The notes below the pieces were generated by a model. That model was given only the letters and a program-made list of their open reading frames with translations, was not told the DNA's origin and did not search any database. From an uncultured Bacteroidota bacterium (GTDB lineage: Bacteria > Bacteroidota > Ignavibacteria > UBA10030 > UBA6906), in contig CAVOYH010000003.1 in NCBI GenBank assembly GCA_963700635.1, forward strand, positions 32,001-96,000: a stretch of 64,000 nt of DNA, in the 5' to 3' direction. Made by a program: the position numbers and the translations under genes. Positions 10,485-20,328 of this stretch are shown here, one piece after another (the first letter of the stretch is position 1; each line of letters opens with the position of its first letter).

Positions 10485-10513
10485 ATGCTAACGATTGTAT
10501 CCATAAAAGTCAA
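10485..10513 (-). promoter_or_regulatory. Putative sigma70 promoter TTGACT-N17-TAGCAT for the LamG/TBDR operon
   Basis: Near-consensus hexamers with 17-nt spacer, upstream of operator copy 1. Confidence 0.6.
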
Positions 10514-10540
10514 CAGAAAAATGAACTTTCGGCACTCTTA

Positions 10541-11692
10541 CTATTTCGTCGAAAAACGGTAGACAATTTTAGATGAATATGACTGCCCCGGCTCCAACAC
10601 TACCGATGGAAAACCCGGCTTGTTGGGCGAATCCGGAAAATGCTGCGGCTCCAGGCAGAAACCATGACGGAATTCGTATTTCACCCCACCTTTGCCCACC
10701 AACGTGCCGTCCAGGAAATTCCCGGAATAGAACTGCACCCCCGGCTGATCGGACAATACCTCCAGCACCCGCCCGGTAGTTTCCTCCACAACCCGGGCAT
10801 TGACCGTCAGCGATTGTTGAGGCGAATTTAATACCCAGTTATGATCGTACCCTCCCGGTCCCAGATGTAACTGCGGATCCCCGGCACCGATTCTCGACCC
10901 GATCGCTGTGGGAGTCCGGAAATCCATCGGGGTCCCGGTCACGTCCCGCAACTCGCCCGTCGGGATCAAGCCACCGTCCACCGGCGTGTACCGGTCTGCA
11001 TCGATCATCATCAGGTGTTCGAGTATGCTCTTCCCCGAAGTCGCCCCTGCCAGATTAAAGTAGGAATGCGCTGTCAGATTGATCGGAGTCGGCCGGTCCG
11101 TGGTGGCCGAGAAGTCAATCACGAGCTCGTTCCCCGCCTTGAGTGTGTAGACCACCTTCGCACGGAGATTGCCCGGGTACCCCTCTTCCCCGTCCTTACT
11201 CAGGTAGCTCAGCACAAGAGACTGGCCGTCAGGTGCATTCACCTGCTCGGCATCCCACACAACCTTGTCAAATCCTTTCAGACCACCGTGGAGATGGTTC
11301 GCCCCGTCATTCACGGTCAGTTGATAGGCCCGCCCCTCGAGCGTGAACCGCCCCTTGTCGATCCGGTTCCCGTACCGCCCGATCAGCGCGCCAAAATACG
11401 GAGTTGACTTGAGATAGTGCGCCAGCGAGTCATACCCCAGGACCACATCATCAAACTTCCCGTTACGGTCCGGGACGCGCATGGTGACGATAATCCCGCC
11501 GTAATTTGTGATCGTGACTTCCATACCGGCCGCGTTTTGTAATGTGTACAGGAAGACCTCCCGTCCATCCGGTGTTTTGCCAAATGCTGCAGCATGGTGT
11601 TTCATAGGATCCTCAGATGTACGTGAACAGCCCGTCATCCATCCCGCCGATATCACCAGCAGGCTGACAAGACCAGTGCGAACGACACTCAT
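10541..11692 (-). CDS. galM: Aldose 1-epimerase (galactose mutarotase) with lipoprotein signal
   Basis: 'GRYGNRI', 'NHLHGG', 'NLTAHSYFNL', 'GYDHN', 'FCLEPQHFPDSPN'; N-terminus ends in 'WMTGC'. Confidence 0.93.
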   Translation of the reverse strand: MSVVRTGLVSLLVISAGWMTGCSRTSEDPMKHHAAAFGKTPDGREVFLYTLQNAAGMEVTITNYGGIIVTMRVPDRNGKFDDVVLGYDSLAHYLKSTPYFGALIGRYGNRIDKGRFTLEGRAYQLTVNDGANHLHGGLKGFDKVVWDAEQVNAPDGQSLVLSYLSKDGEEGYPGNLRAKVVYTLKAGNELVIDFSATTDRPTPINLTAHSYFNLAGATSGKSILEHLMMIDADRYTPVDGGLIPTGELRDVTGTPMDFRTPTAIGSRIGAGDPQLHLGPGGYDHNWVLNSPQQSLTVNARVVEETTGRVLEVLSDQPGVQFYSGNFLDGTLVGKGGVKYEFRHGFCLEPQHFPDSPNKPGFPSVVLEPGQSYSSKIVYRFSTK

Positions 11693-11739
11693 AGGAATAC
11701 CTCGCCGAAGTTGTGAACGTGAACTGATCAGTGACATAT

Positions 11740-13056
11740 TTAGTGCCCCCATACCGCCGTTCCGGTTGCGCGGAGATCAAGCACGCACAGACTATCCGAA
11801 CCGAAGACCTGTTCCATCAGACTCCGGTATCTTTCCACTTCGTTCCCCGGCAGGATCGTAAGCACGGTGCCTGCGAACCCTCCTCCATGGACACGGCATG
11901 CGCCCCGCTCCACCGATGCCAGAAAACCTTCCGTTAATGCCAGGGCAAGCGAAATGCCCTGTTCCGCGGGCGTCATGGGTGGAAAAGAATTCTGCAACCA
12001 CATCGCTGATGACCGGCCCGAGGCCTGTACCTGCGCGAGAAAATCGTCCGTTCTCCCCTCTTCCAGAGAACGTACCTGCTCGGACACACGTGTGACTTCC
12101 CTGACAAAATGCAGCGCCCGGAGAATGGCCCTGTCTCCTGTCGTTCGCCGGAGTCCCGGCAGAGCCCGGATGATTTCTCCTTCATCCACAATGTCCCGAC
12201 ACACGCTTCCACCCAGCGCCGTTGCCACAGCCTTCATTTCCGCCGGCACCGACGCGTACTCGCCGGTCAGCCCCGCATGACTTGCGCCGGTATGGACGAC
12301 CACGAGGCGCAGGCCCGACGTGCCAAGGGTGTGGCGTATCTGATGGACCGCGGGATGTACGGGATCCCCAAAATCAATCGCCACAATGCCCCCTACCGCA
12401 CATGCCAGTTGGTCCATCAGCCCGCAGGGTTTGCCAAAAAACACATTCTCTGCATACTGCCCGATCATGGCGATCTCATCCAGCGGAATCCTGCCGTTGT
12501 TGTAAAGAGCATTAAGAATTGTCGCAATAAGGACTTCAATGGACGCCGAGGAACTCAGCCCCGAGCCGGCAAGTATCTGGCTTTCCACGTGGGCGTGAAA
12601 TCCGCCAATGCTGTATCCTGCTTCCGCACACCGGGAGGTTATCCCCCGAATGAGCGCCGATGTTGTGCCGCGTTCATTTACGAGCGGCCGGAGATCTTCC
12701 AGCGACACTTCAAATGGCGAAGGATACGCGCTCGATGAGAATGTGATGGTATTGTCGTCTGATGTGTGCGCCGCAGCCACGGAATCGAGGGTCACACTTG
12801 CGGCAATAACACGCCCGTTGTTATGGTCGGTATGGTTCCCTCCGATCTCCACACGGCCGGGCGTACTGACGAAGAGCGAGGGTTCCTCCTGAAAAAGTGA
12901 AGTGTATCGCCGTCCGATCCCCGCATACCGGGTGAACGCATGTTCAGCATCATTCCCATATAGATGCTGAAGGAACTCCATCACACCGGCGTCTTTGCCG
13001 GCGAGGAGAGTCTTTCCCTGTTTTACTGGATGACCGATTCCAGACTGCGTGCCCAT
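11740..13056 (-). CDS. galK: Galactokinase (GHMP kinase)
   Basis: 'PGRVEIGGNHTDHN', 'GSGLSSSAS', 'PCGLMDQ', 'RVHGGGFAG'. Confidence 0.9.
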   Translation of the reverse strand: MGTQSGIGHPVKQGKTLLAGKDAGVMEFLQHLYGNDAEHAFTRYAGIGRRYTSLFQEEPSLFVSTPGRVEIGGNHTDHNNGRVIAASVTLDSVAAAHTSDDNTITFSSSAYPSPFEVSLEDLRPLVNERGTTSALIRGITSRCAEAGYSIGGFHAHVESQILAGSGLSSSASIEVLIATILNALYNNGRIPLDEIAMIGQYAENVFFGKPCGLMDQLACAVGGIVAIDFGDPVHPAVHQIRHTLGTSGLRLVVVHTGASHAGLTGEYASVPAEMKAVATALGGSVCRDIVDEGEIIRALPGLRRTTGDRAILRALHFVREVTRVSEQVRSLEEGRTDDFLAQVQASGRSSAMWLQNSFPPMTPAEQGISLALALTEGFLASVERGACRVHGGGFAGTVLTILPGNEVERYRSLMEQVFGSDSLCVLDLRATGTAVWGH

Positions 13057-13075
13057 GCACCTGGTCCTTCTCTTG

Positions 13076-14140
13076 TCAATTGTTCCCGCGGGTCAACACG
13101 GACGCACAGACGCCCCTCAGAACATCCGCGGCAGATTCGGGAGTAAGATCCCGTTGTGGCTCGGCGAGCATTTCGTAGCCCACCATGTACTTCCGGACTG
13201 TCGCCGAGCGCAACAGCGGAGGGTAGATGTGTGCGTGGAGCTGCCAGTGGTCAACGTTCTCCGGTTGGTATGGGGCTCCGTGCCATCCCAGCGTGTAGGG
13301 GAATGAGACTGAAAACAGCGCGTCGTATCCGGCAAGCACTGTGTGCAGGAGTTGTGCGAGCGTCTCCCGTTGTACGATGTTCAGATCAGGAAGTCGCAGG
13401 ACGTGTGCGCGCGGCATCAGCAGGAGTTCGAATGGCCAGACAGCCCAGTACGGGACCACGGCAACCCACTGTTCATTTTCTGCGACCACACGTTCCGCGA
13501 TCGCACGTTCCTGTGCGCAGTAATCTTCCAGCAGGATGGATCCCTGCAGGGTGAGATATTTCTGCTGGGCGGCATGCTCTTTTAAGGGCTCATTCGGAAG
13601 CATCGAACCCGCCCAGATTTGTCCGTGGGGATGCGGGTTGGAACATCCCATCATCCCCCCCTTGTTCTCAAACACCTGCACCCATCTGTACTTCTCACCG
13701 AGCACCGCCGTTTCACTCGCCCAGGCATCCACAACGTTCCGTACGTCCGTCTGAGGAAGTTCCGCCAGCGTAAGGTTGTGCCGCGGAGAGAAGCAGACGA
13801 CGCGGGAGGTCCCGGTGACGGTTTCCCGCTGGAAGAGCGGATCTGCCCGGGGTGACCGGGCGACAGGTTCCGGCGGATGTATTACCCCCGTTATGCCCGG
13901 AAGGAGCGCGGGAAAGTCGTTGTCAAAGACAAACGTAGAGGAGTAGTCGGGATTGATCTCCCCGTTGGCCCTCGTATTCCCCGGACAGAGGTAGCACTCC
14001 GGATCATAGGCAGGCAGGGAAACGGGAGGGAGAGCACCTATTTCCCCCTGCCATGGTCGCCGGTTTCGTTGAGGGGAAACCAGCACCCATTCTCCTGTAA
14101 GCGGGTTCCGTCGGCGGTGTGGGTGTTGTATGGAAGTCAT
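13076..14140 (-). CDS. galT: UDP-glucose--hexose-1-phosphate uridylyltransferase
   Basis: Start [23 protein letters not shown]; 'CYLCPGN'; active-site '[12 protein letters not shown]'. Confidence 0.95.
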   Translation of the reverse strand: MTSIQHPHRRRNPLTGEWVLVSPQRNRRPWQGEIGALPPVSLPAYDPECYLCPGNTRANGEINPDYSSTFVFDNDFPALLPGITGVIHPPEPVARSPRADPLFQRETVTGTSRVVCFSPRHNLTLAELPQTDVRNVVDAWASETAVLGEKYRWVQVFENKGGMMGCSNPHPHGQIWAGSMLPNEPLKEHAAQQKYLTLQGSILLEDYCAQERAIAERVVAENEQWVAVVPYWAVWPFELLLMPRAHVLRLPDLNIVQRETLAQLLHTVLAGYDALFSVSFPYTLGWHGAPYQPENVDHWQLHAHIYPPLLRSATVRKYMVGYEMLAEPQRDLTPESAADVLRGVCASVLTRGNN

Positions 14141-14170
14141 TACGGTACGAATTCGCTCTGCAACCTTCGA

Positions 14171-14184
14171 TGTTAGCGCTAACA
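14171..14184. promoter_or_regulatory. LacI-family operator TGTTAGCGCTAACA (copy 2)
   Basis: Part of a 16-bp perfect palindrome (14170-14185), 30 nt upstream of the galT start; overlaps a possible TTGTAG-N17-TAACAT promoter. Confidence 0.8.
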
Positions 14185-14196
14185 TAAGAAACCTAC

Positions 14197-14221
14197 AAAA
14201 ACCCCCGCTGCGCATCGGGGG
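14197..14221 (-). terminator. Intrinsic terminator-like hairpin
   Basis: Minus strand reads CCCCCG-ATGCGCAG-CGGGGG followed by TTTTT. Confidence 0.55.
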
Positions 14222-14235
14222 CAAACTCTGGCCTC

Positions 14236-14264
14236 ATCATACAAAGTGAAAAGTCAAATGTCAA
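14236..14264 (-). promoter_or_regulatory. Putative sigma70 promoter TTGACA-N17-TATGAT
   Basis: Consensus -35, 5/6 match at -10, 17-nt spacer. Confidence 0.55.
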
Positions 14265-14284
14265 GTCACCCAGGAAAAAATGCC

Positions 14285-16210
14285 CTATCGCATCAAAATC
14301 ATCTTGCGCGTGCCCGTGTATCTCTTCCCGGGATCTCTCCGGGGCGTCGCAAGCAACCGGTAATAGTAGACGCCGGACGTAACGTCTGCTGCCCAGGTTA
14401 CATTATGAAAACCCCCGTCCTGCTCCCCGTCAACCAGCAAGGAGACCTGCTGGCCCAGCGTTGTAAACACCTCCAACCGGACGTGACACGGCTCCGGAAG
14501 TGCATAACGAAACGTGGTCGTCGAGTTGAAGGGATTCGGAAAATTCTGAAACAACTCGAATTCCCCCGGCAATTCGCTCCGCCCGCCCGATACCCCCGGT
14601 GGAACCCCGTCACCGTTGAGTGGAATCTGGTGCGGAGACTCCATGGCGTTGCTCACGACAATCAGCGTGTCCCGAAAGTGCCGGACGCTGTCGGGGAAGA
14701 AATACAGCGGCAGCCGGAGGGTGTCGCCCTGCACCAGGGTTGCCGGAAGCGCCGGACGCGTGAACCGGAATGCCCGTGTTGTTGTCTGAATGGATTCAAT
14801 CCGCAGCCTGCTGAGAGAGCCGTTGGTTATCCGGACTACTACTCCCGCCGTATCCCCCCTGGACACGGGAGGAAATTCGATCCGGTTGACACCGGTCACC
14901 AGGCGAGGATGGGGTGTGATGCCCAGAACCGGTATCCTGACCGGCCCCCACCAGGAGTTGTTGTAGAGTACCATCGTGTCGGTGTGTGTTCCGAACTGCG
15001 TGGGCGTGTACCGGAACGAAAGCATCACCGTATCTGCCTGTCCCACGTGCACCCTCTTGACCAACGAACGGAACGTCCTGTTCCTGTTTCCCACGGAATC
15101 AATGCGCAGCGTATTCACCGATCGGTTCGTGACACGAAGCACCACAAACGTTGTATCGTATGCGGCGACCTCGCCAAAATGCAGAGCCGGCGGCTCTATC
15201 CAGAGCCTGGGAGACGGCGACTCACCGCGCAGGACCACCCGGCCAAGTCCGCCGTCACTCTCCACAAAGCAGGTATCCGTGTAACTGCCGAACGCGTCGG
15301 GCCGGAACGCCCTGAGATGAAACCGGACCGGAACCCGCAACGTATCGCCCGGCTCCAGTTTTCGAACAGGTAGAAATGAAGCACTGAAAAATTCTGTCCG
15401 TGTCCACACCCTTCGCACCGTCAGCTTATTCAACGGTCCGCCATTGACAAAGACCAGCGCAGAGGCTGCGGAATCAGTCACCGCAACCGGACCCAGCGTT
15501 ACCTGTGACACGGCCGACAACAGCACCGGGGGGGAGCAGCGTGCGAGAAGCGGCACTGTGCACATGCCCTCGTCCGTATAGAGGACAACGGTATCAATCG
15601 CACTTCCAAACTCCAGCGGCCGATACCGGTAGTGCATCACCACACTGTCTCCTGCCGGGAGCACCGCAGGCAGGATTGTGCCGGAACGGAGATGCGGATG
15701 ACGGGAGAGCGAATCGACGATAATCGGGAACCCTGAACGATTACGCAGAACTGCAAAGGCGACCGTGGTTTCGTTTCTCCGCGAGTCGGGTATCACGATC
15801 GACCCGCTGACCGGAGATGGCCCGGTCACGAAGTCTCCCCTCGTGGAAAACCTGACCACGCTGTCCCGGCTGCTCACCCCCACCCGCCAGAAATAGTGCG
15901 TGCTGTTGAGAAGCACCTTGTCCGGCAGGAACGTGGTATCGCCGGCGGCCAACCTGTACTCGATCACATCCTCAAAGAGCGTATCGGCAGCGATGTCAAG
16001 AACTACAAACTCTGTTCCGTACCCACCGCTCCAGCGGAACTGCGGCCTCACGGAGACTCCGGCAGAGCCTGAATCCGGCGCAAGGAGAATGGGGGCCCGG
16101 AGTGTATCAGTGCGACCCACCCCCATCCGGGACTGACCCTGGCTGAAACACAGTCCACCACAAAGAAGCATCAACAGTACAGGGCCTGACGCCCTTGCCG
16201 CAACATACAT
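14285..16210 (-). CDS. Secreted protein with FN3 and tandem Ig-like (ASH/choice-of-anchor D-like) domains and a T9SS CTD
   Basis: Start moved to MYVAARAS; about 4 repeats of 'F..V...DT.....N.S...L.I.S...G..DT'; 'LFQNFPNPFNST...KMILMR'. Confidence 0.75.
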   Translation of the reverse strand: MYVAARASGPVLLMLLCGGLCFSQGQSRMGVGRTDTLRAPILLAPDSGSAGVSVRPQFRWSGGYGTEFVVLDIAADTLFEDVIEYRLAAGDTTFLPDKVLLNSTHYFWRVGVSSRDSVVRFSTRGDFVTGPSPVSGSIVIPDSRRNETTVAFAVLRNRSGFPIIVDSLSRHPHLRSGTILPAVLPAGDSVVMHYRYRPLEFGSAIDTVVLYTDEGMCTVPLLARCSPPVLLSAVSQVTLGPVAVTDSAASALVFVNGGPLNKLTVRRVWTRTEFFSASFLPVRKLEPGDTLRVPVRFHLRAFRPDAFGSYTDTCFVESDGGLGRVVLRGESPSPRLWIEPPALHFGEVAAYDTTFVVLRVTNRSVNTLRIDSVGNRNRTFRSLVKRVHVGQADTVMLSFRYTPTQFGTHTDTMVLYNNSWWGPVRIPVLGITPHPRLVTGVNRIEFPPVSRGDTAGVVVRITNGSLSRLRIESIQTTTRAFRFTRPALPATLVQGDTLRLPLYFFPDSVRHFRDTLIVVSNAMESPHQIPLNGDGVPPGVSGGRSELPGEFELFQNFPNPFNSTTTFRYALPEPCHVRLEVFTTLGQQVSLLVDGEQDGGFHNVTWAADVTSGVYYYRLLATPRRDPGKRYTGTRKMILMR

Positions 16211-16235
16211 GGTACCGCCCGTCCAATCCGGAATG

Positions 16236-17990
16236 TTATCCAGTAAAATAGAGATACGCCGCAAGAATAAGGAGGACCACAATCACTGATGCGGCAACAT
16301 CCCCTCGTGTCCAGCTGGCCCGGCTGGTTTCACGGTCTTCAGAGGAAAGCGTGCCGTATGTCAGCCCGCTGATCTTTTCGTACGCAGGGGGAGCCGTCAT
16401 CATGCTCACAACCACCATCACCAGCGCACTCAGAATGAGGATAACGATACTATAGTATTGGAAGAACATATTGTTCATTATCCAGAAAAATGATCCGGGC
16501 GCATACACAAATCCCTCGACTAGCTTCACCGGTGTGTCGATGGCCAGCCGTGCCAGGCCGAGAATAAAGCCGGTGATGAGTGCTGCAAGAGCACCCTTTG
16601 CATTCAGGCGTTTGAAGAACACACCAAAGAAAAACACGACAAAAATCGGCGGTGCCAGATAGGCCTGGATTCCCTGGAGATAGTCGTAGAGACCCTTCCC
16701 GCCCTGGATCACGGGTATCCACGCCAGACCGATCAGCACCATTACTCCTGTCGCAACCCGACCCACCCAGACGAGTCTTTCCTGGCTGACATTCGGCCGG
16801 AGACGTGAATAAAAATCCATCGTGAAGAGCGTCGATGAGGCATTAAAGACCCCCGCCAGTGAACTCATCAGTGCGGCGAGCAACCCCGCCACAACAAGCC
16901 CGCGCACGCCTATCGGCAATACCTGTGTCACCAGCAACGGAAAAGCTTTCTGAGCGTTATCCCGGATCACCTGTCCGTCCGGACCGACGAGCTGTTCCTG
17001 GAGGGACGGGTTCAGGCCTGATTTGGCGAGCGCGATGGCAATGATTCCAGGGATGATGAAGATAAAGACGGGGAGCAATTTGAAGAACGAGGCGGCAATC
17101 GTGCCGCGCCGGGCCTCGGATTCATTCGGGGCGCCGAGCGTGCGCTGCACGATATACTGATCCGTGCACCAGTACCAGAGTCCGATTATCGGTGCACAGA
17201 AAAGCATGCCCAGCCACGGATAATTGTCGTTAAAATACCACGCCATCCGTCCCGCCTCCTTCACCGGAGCCCAGGTGCTCTCCAGACCGGCCGGCACGAG
17301 GGGCTTCCAGAGGTTGAACATCTCCGGGTCAACGAGTGAACGAAGTGCGGACCATCCTCCAAGAGCCTGGAGGCCAAAGATCGTGACGAGGGCCGAACCG
17401 AGAATGAGGATGATCGTCTGCAATGCCTCCGTGTAGGCAACCGCACGCATACCGCCGACGGTGGTGTACAGCCCGGTGATCACAATCACGAAGATCGACC
17501 CCAGCCAGAAACTGTCCATCCCCATAAATCGCAGGTCCGGAAGGAGTACGGAGAACACGATACCTCCCGCAAAAATCCCGACGGCAATCTTGGTCAGAAC
17601 ATACGCCACGAGCGATATCACGGAGAGCACCGTTCGGGCCATCGGCGAGTACCTGCGTTCCAGAAATTCCGGCATGGTGAACACCCGTGAACGCATATAG
17701 AATGGAACCATCACCCAGCCGAGGACAAGCAAACACCATGCATGGAGTTCGTAGTGGGCCATGGCCACACCATCGGTTGCCCCTGACCCGGCAAGTCCGA
17801 CAAGGTGCTCCGAGCCGATGTTGGAGGCAAAGATCGAAGCGCCCACGATAAACCACCCGAGATGGCGGCCGGCAAGGAAATAATCAGCGGGTGTCTCCTG
17901 TTTCTTCCGCATCACCCACCATGCAATGCCAAGAACAATGCAGAAATAGGCTGCGATGACAAGCCAGTCAACAACGGTGAGGATTTCCAA
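16236..17990 (-). CDS. Sodium:solute symporter (SGLT-like sugar transporter)
   Basis: TTG start after GGAGG; 'DYFLAGR', 'ASNIGSEHLVGLAG', 'WYWCTDQYIVQR', 'AALMSSL'; many TM helices. Confidence 0.92.
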   Translation of the reverse strand: MEILTVVDWLVIAAYFCIVLGIAWWVMRKKQETPADYFLAGRHLGWFIVGASIFASNIGSEHLVGLAGSGATDGVAMAHYELHAWCLLVLGWVMVPFYMRSRVFTMPEFLERRYSPMARTVLSVISLVAYVLTKIAVGIFAGGIVFSVLLPDLRFMGMDSFWLGSIFVIVITGLYTTVGGMRAVAYTEALQTIILILGSALVTIFGLQALGGWSALRSLVDPEMFNLWKPLVPAGLESTWAPVKEAGRMAWYFNDNYPWLGMLFCAPIIGLWYWCTDQYIVQRTLGAPNESEARRGTIAASFFKLLPVFIFIIPGIIAIALAKSGLNPSLQEQLVGPDGQVIRDNAQKAFPLLVTQVLPIGVRGLVVAGLLAALMSSLAGVFNASSTLFTMDFYSRLRPNVSQERLVWVGRVATGVMVLIGLAWIPVIQGGKGLYDYLQGIQAYLAPPIFVVFFFGVFFKRLNAKGALAALITGFILGLARLAIDTPVKLVEGFVYAPGSFFWIMNNMFFQYYSIVILILSALVMVVVSMMTAPPAYEKISGLTYGTLSSEDRETSRASWTRGDVAASVIVVLLILAAYLYFTG

Positions 17991-18058
17991 AGCAGGGCCT
18001 CCTGTGTGAATTGGTTCGTGGATCACGTGAGCATAAGAACACCGGACACAGGCATCTC

Positions 18059-19438
18059 CTACTGTCCCGCCCGGCGGGACGACGCTACGATGGGAGGCGG
18101 ACCGTGTGTCAATTGAAACATCTTTTCTGCGTGACGCTTCAGGATGTGCACCGTTGTGGAATCGGTGTCATACACCGCATTAAACCCCTGGGGCTCATGG
18201 GGGGGATCGCCAAGAAGCTGGTCACCCGGTTTCCACACACCATCGTTGCGCACGCCGTGCGCTTCACCGCCCCAGGCCCAGAAATTTGATCCCGCTATCG
18301 GCGCACCGGAACGCGCAGAGTCATGGATCGCGGAAGTAAGAAATTGAAAGTACTCGTCACGCGCAGCGGTAGGCGATCCGGGTTGGATGTCACCCCTGTC
18401 TCTGCTGAGCCCGAACTCTTCCAGGACGATGGGTTTGTTCAGCTGTTTCGCGAGAGCAAGGTGCTGTAGGAGATACTGCCGGCTGCTGTCCATGGCTGCC
18501 GGGAGCGTCTCCGTGGGTTTTAACGGGTCGAACCACCGCCAGTTGTACGGCCAGAGGTGGAACGTGAGATAGTCAACATGCGGTGTTCGGTGCGCACGAA
18601 GGTAATAATCCTCCGAAAGAAGACATCCAACCGTTCCTTCACTTCCGGTCGATACGAGATGATTCGTGTCCAGCGAGCGGATGTACCCTGCCGTTGACAC
18701 GATCCATTCGAGAAAGTATGGCAGGTTTTTCTCTCCTCCGGGGCCCACCATGCCGGGCCGGGGTTCATTCGCCAGTTGCCAGGACATGATCGCGGGATCT
18801 TCGCTGTAGAGACGGTCGTTGACCGTGTTCCGGCGTGTGATAATACGCCGGATATGATCCCGGTAATAAACATTTGCCTGCTGGTTCGTATAGAATGTTG
18901 CGGCATACTCCACAAAATCACCCCAGAACCGGGATGTGTCGGATGGATCCACACCCGGCTTCCCTTCAACCCAGGCCACATATGCAGACATGCCCCCCGA
19001 CCATTCCCAGAAATTGTTCAGGTAAAGGACCGCACGCATGCCACGGTCGGCCATCCCGGCGAGGAGAAAATCGAGACCGCGGAGGAGGTCTTCGTCGATT
19101 TCTCCGGGGCCCCTCTGCATGGCGGGCCGTGTCGCCCTGGCAACATAGGATGATTCACTGGCAGCGAGAATCCGGAGATTGTTGATTCCATGCGACGAGA
19201 GAAGGTCCAATTCACGGAGGAGGCGATCCCGGTTGCCTGTCGGACCGGGAGAGCCGAGATAACACCCGTACCACATATTGGCACCGGCAAAATAGTACGG
19301 AGATCCGTCTATGGTGAACCGGGTTCCATTCACCCTGACAAAATGTTCGTTCATATCAAAGAGTCCGATGCCTGAGCAGGCACCAAGAAAAAGAGCGGCC
19401 GCGGCACAGAGTGGGACGCGAAGGTAGCTGAAGTTCAT
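18059..19438 (-). CDS. GH5 beta-mannanase/mannosidase (GH5_7-like), lipoprotein
   Basis: Lipobox 'LGAC'; 'NNFWEWSGGM', 'WQLANEPR' (acid/base), 'HLWPYNW', 'VLEEFG' (nucleophile), 'GDPPHEPQG'. Confidence 0.9.
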   Translation of the reverse strand: MNFSYLRVPLCAAAALFLGACSGIGLFDMNEHFVRVNGTRFTIDGSPYYFAGANMWYGCYLGSPGPTGNRDRLLRELDLLSSHGINNLRILAASESSYVARATRPAMQRGPGEIDEDLLRGLDFLLAGMADRGMRAVLYLNNFWEWSGGMSAYVAWVEGKPGVDPSDTSRFWGDFVEYAATFYTNQQANVYYRDHIRRIITRRNTVNDRLYSEDPAIMSWQLANEPRPGMVGPGGEKNLPYFLEWIVSTAGYIRSLDTNHLVSTGSEGTVGCLLSEDYYLRAHRTPHVDYLTFHLWPYNWRWFDPLKPTETLPAAMDSSRQYLLQHLALAKQLNKPIVLEEFGLSRDRGDIQPGSPTAARDEYFQFLTSAIHDSARSGAPIAGSNFWAWGGEAHGVRNDGVWKPGDQLLGDPPHEPQGFNAVYDTDSTTVHILKRHAEKMFQLTHGPPPIVASSRRAGQ

Positions 19439-19557
19439 AGGAAGGTATGGACTATTGTGTAGATTAACTGTATAATTTCCATAAATGCAACATGTTTTCA
19501 CGGATTGACTTTTTTTCACACTGATCCTGTGAACAACCCGACATCAGAGGAGCAGGA

Positions 19558-20124
19558 ATGACGATCCAGCACCGGCTTACACGGACTGATTTTGAAGCAG
19601 CGCTAACCCCCGCAACACTTCGCACCATGGCAATACTCCACATGGCCCTCGCGGCTGCGCCCCTGTTGTACGTTATACCTTTGCTGATCCTGCTCCAGGG
19701 CAGCGGTCTTACGACGCCACGCGATGATGACTTCTTCCTGGTCAACATTCTGACACTTGCTCACCTGCTGGTGCTCCTGACTGCCCTCTATCTGGGAACG
19801 TTTCTGTTTCAGCGCTTCTTTTCACCTTCGCGGCTGGTTGACACGGAAGAGTCCGGGCCCGGACACCTGGCGTTGCGTGTCCTTGGGCTCCTGCGGAGTG
19901 CAATTATAGCCCGCCTCGTGCTGCTTGAGGGCGCTTCGTTTTTCGGGTTGGCCGTCTGTATCATCGCCATCCTTCGCGGCGTCGCTGCCGTTGAACCATT
20001 GTACTATGTCAACCTGGGGTCGATTTTTGTCCTGGCCGGGTACGGTGTGCTGACATTCCCGACGAAGGAGAGGCTTGTTATGGTGTTCGAGGAGAGTTTT
20101 TTATCAGGCCGCGCGGCGGGCTGA
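19558..20124 (+). CDS. Hypothetical membrane protein (about 4 TM)
   Basis: GAGGAG RBS; four hydrophobic segments. Confidence 0.7.
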   Translation: MTIQHRLTRTDFEAALTPATLRTMAILHMALAAAPLLYVIPLLILLQGSGLTTPRDDDFFLVNILTLAHLLVLLTALYLGTFLFQRFFSPSRLVDTEESGPGHLALRVLGLLRSAIIARLVLLEGASFFGLAVCIIAILRGVAAVEPLYYVNLGSIFVLAGYGVLTFPTKERLVMVFEESFLSGRAAG

Positions 20125-20328
20125 GTGAGATGGGGGAAGGAAGATGGGAATTGAAACGTTATGATGTCGCGCGCGCAATGCAGATGCTTGACTACTCCGG
20201 GTGTAAGAAGCACTGGAATCCGGTAGGGTTACCAACCAGACTAAACGTTCGGGAGTTAAAACGTGTGCTCCGGACACCCGTGGCGCACACACCCGGCTCC
20301 CGCCAGCCTCCCCGTAGCATTACTTACC

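Noticed and set aside
14246-15373. Long + strand ORF (375 aa), and similar ones at 9041-10033 and 53129-54124
   Set aside because: Antisense shadows of well-supported genes in GC-rich DNA, with no recognisable motifs
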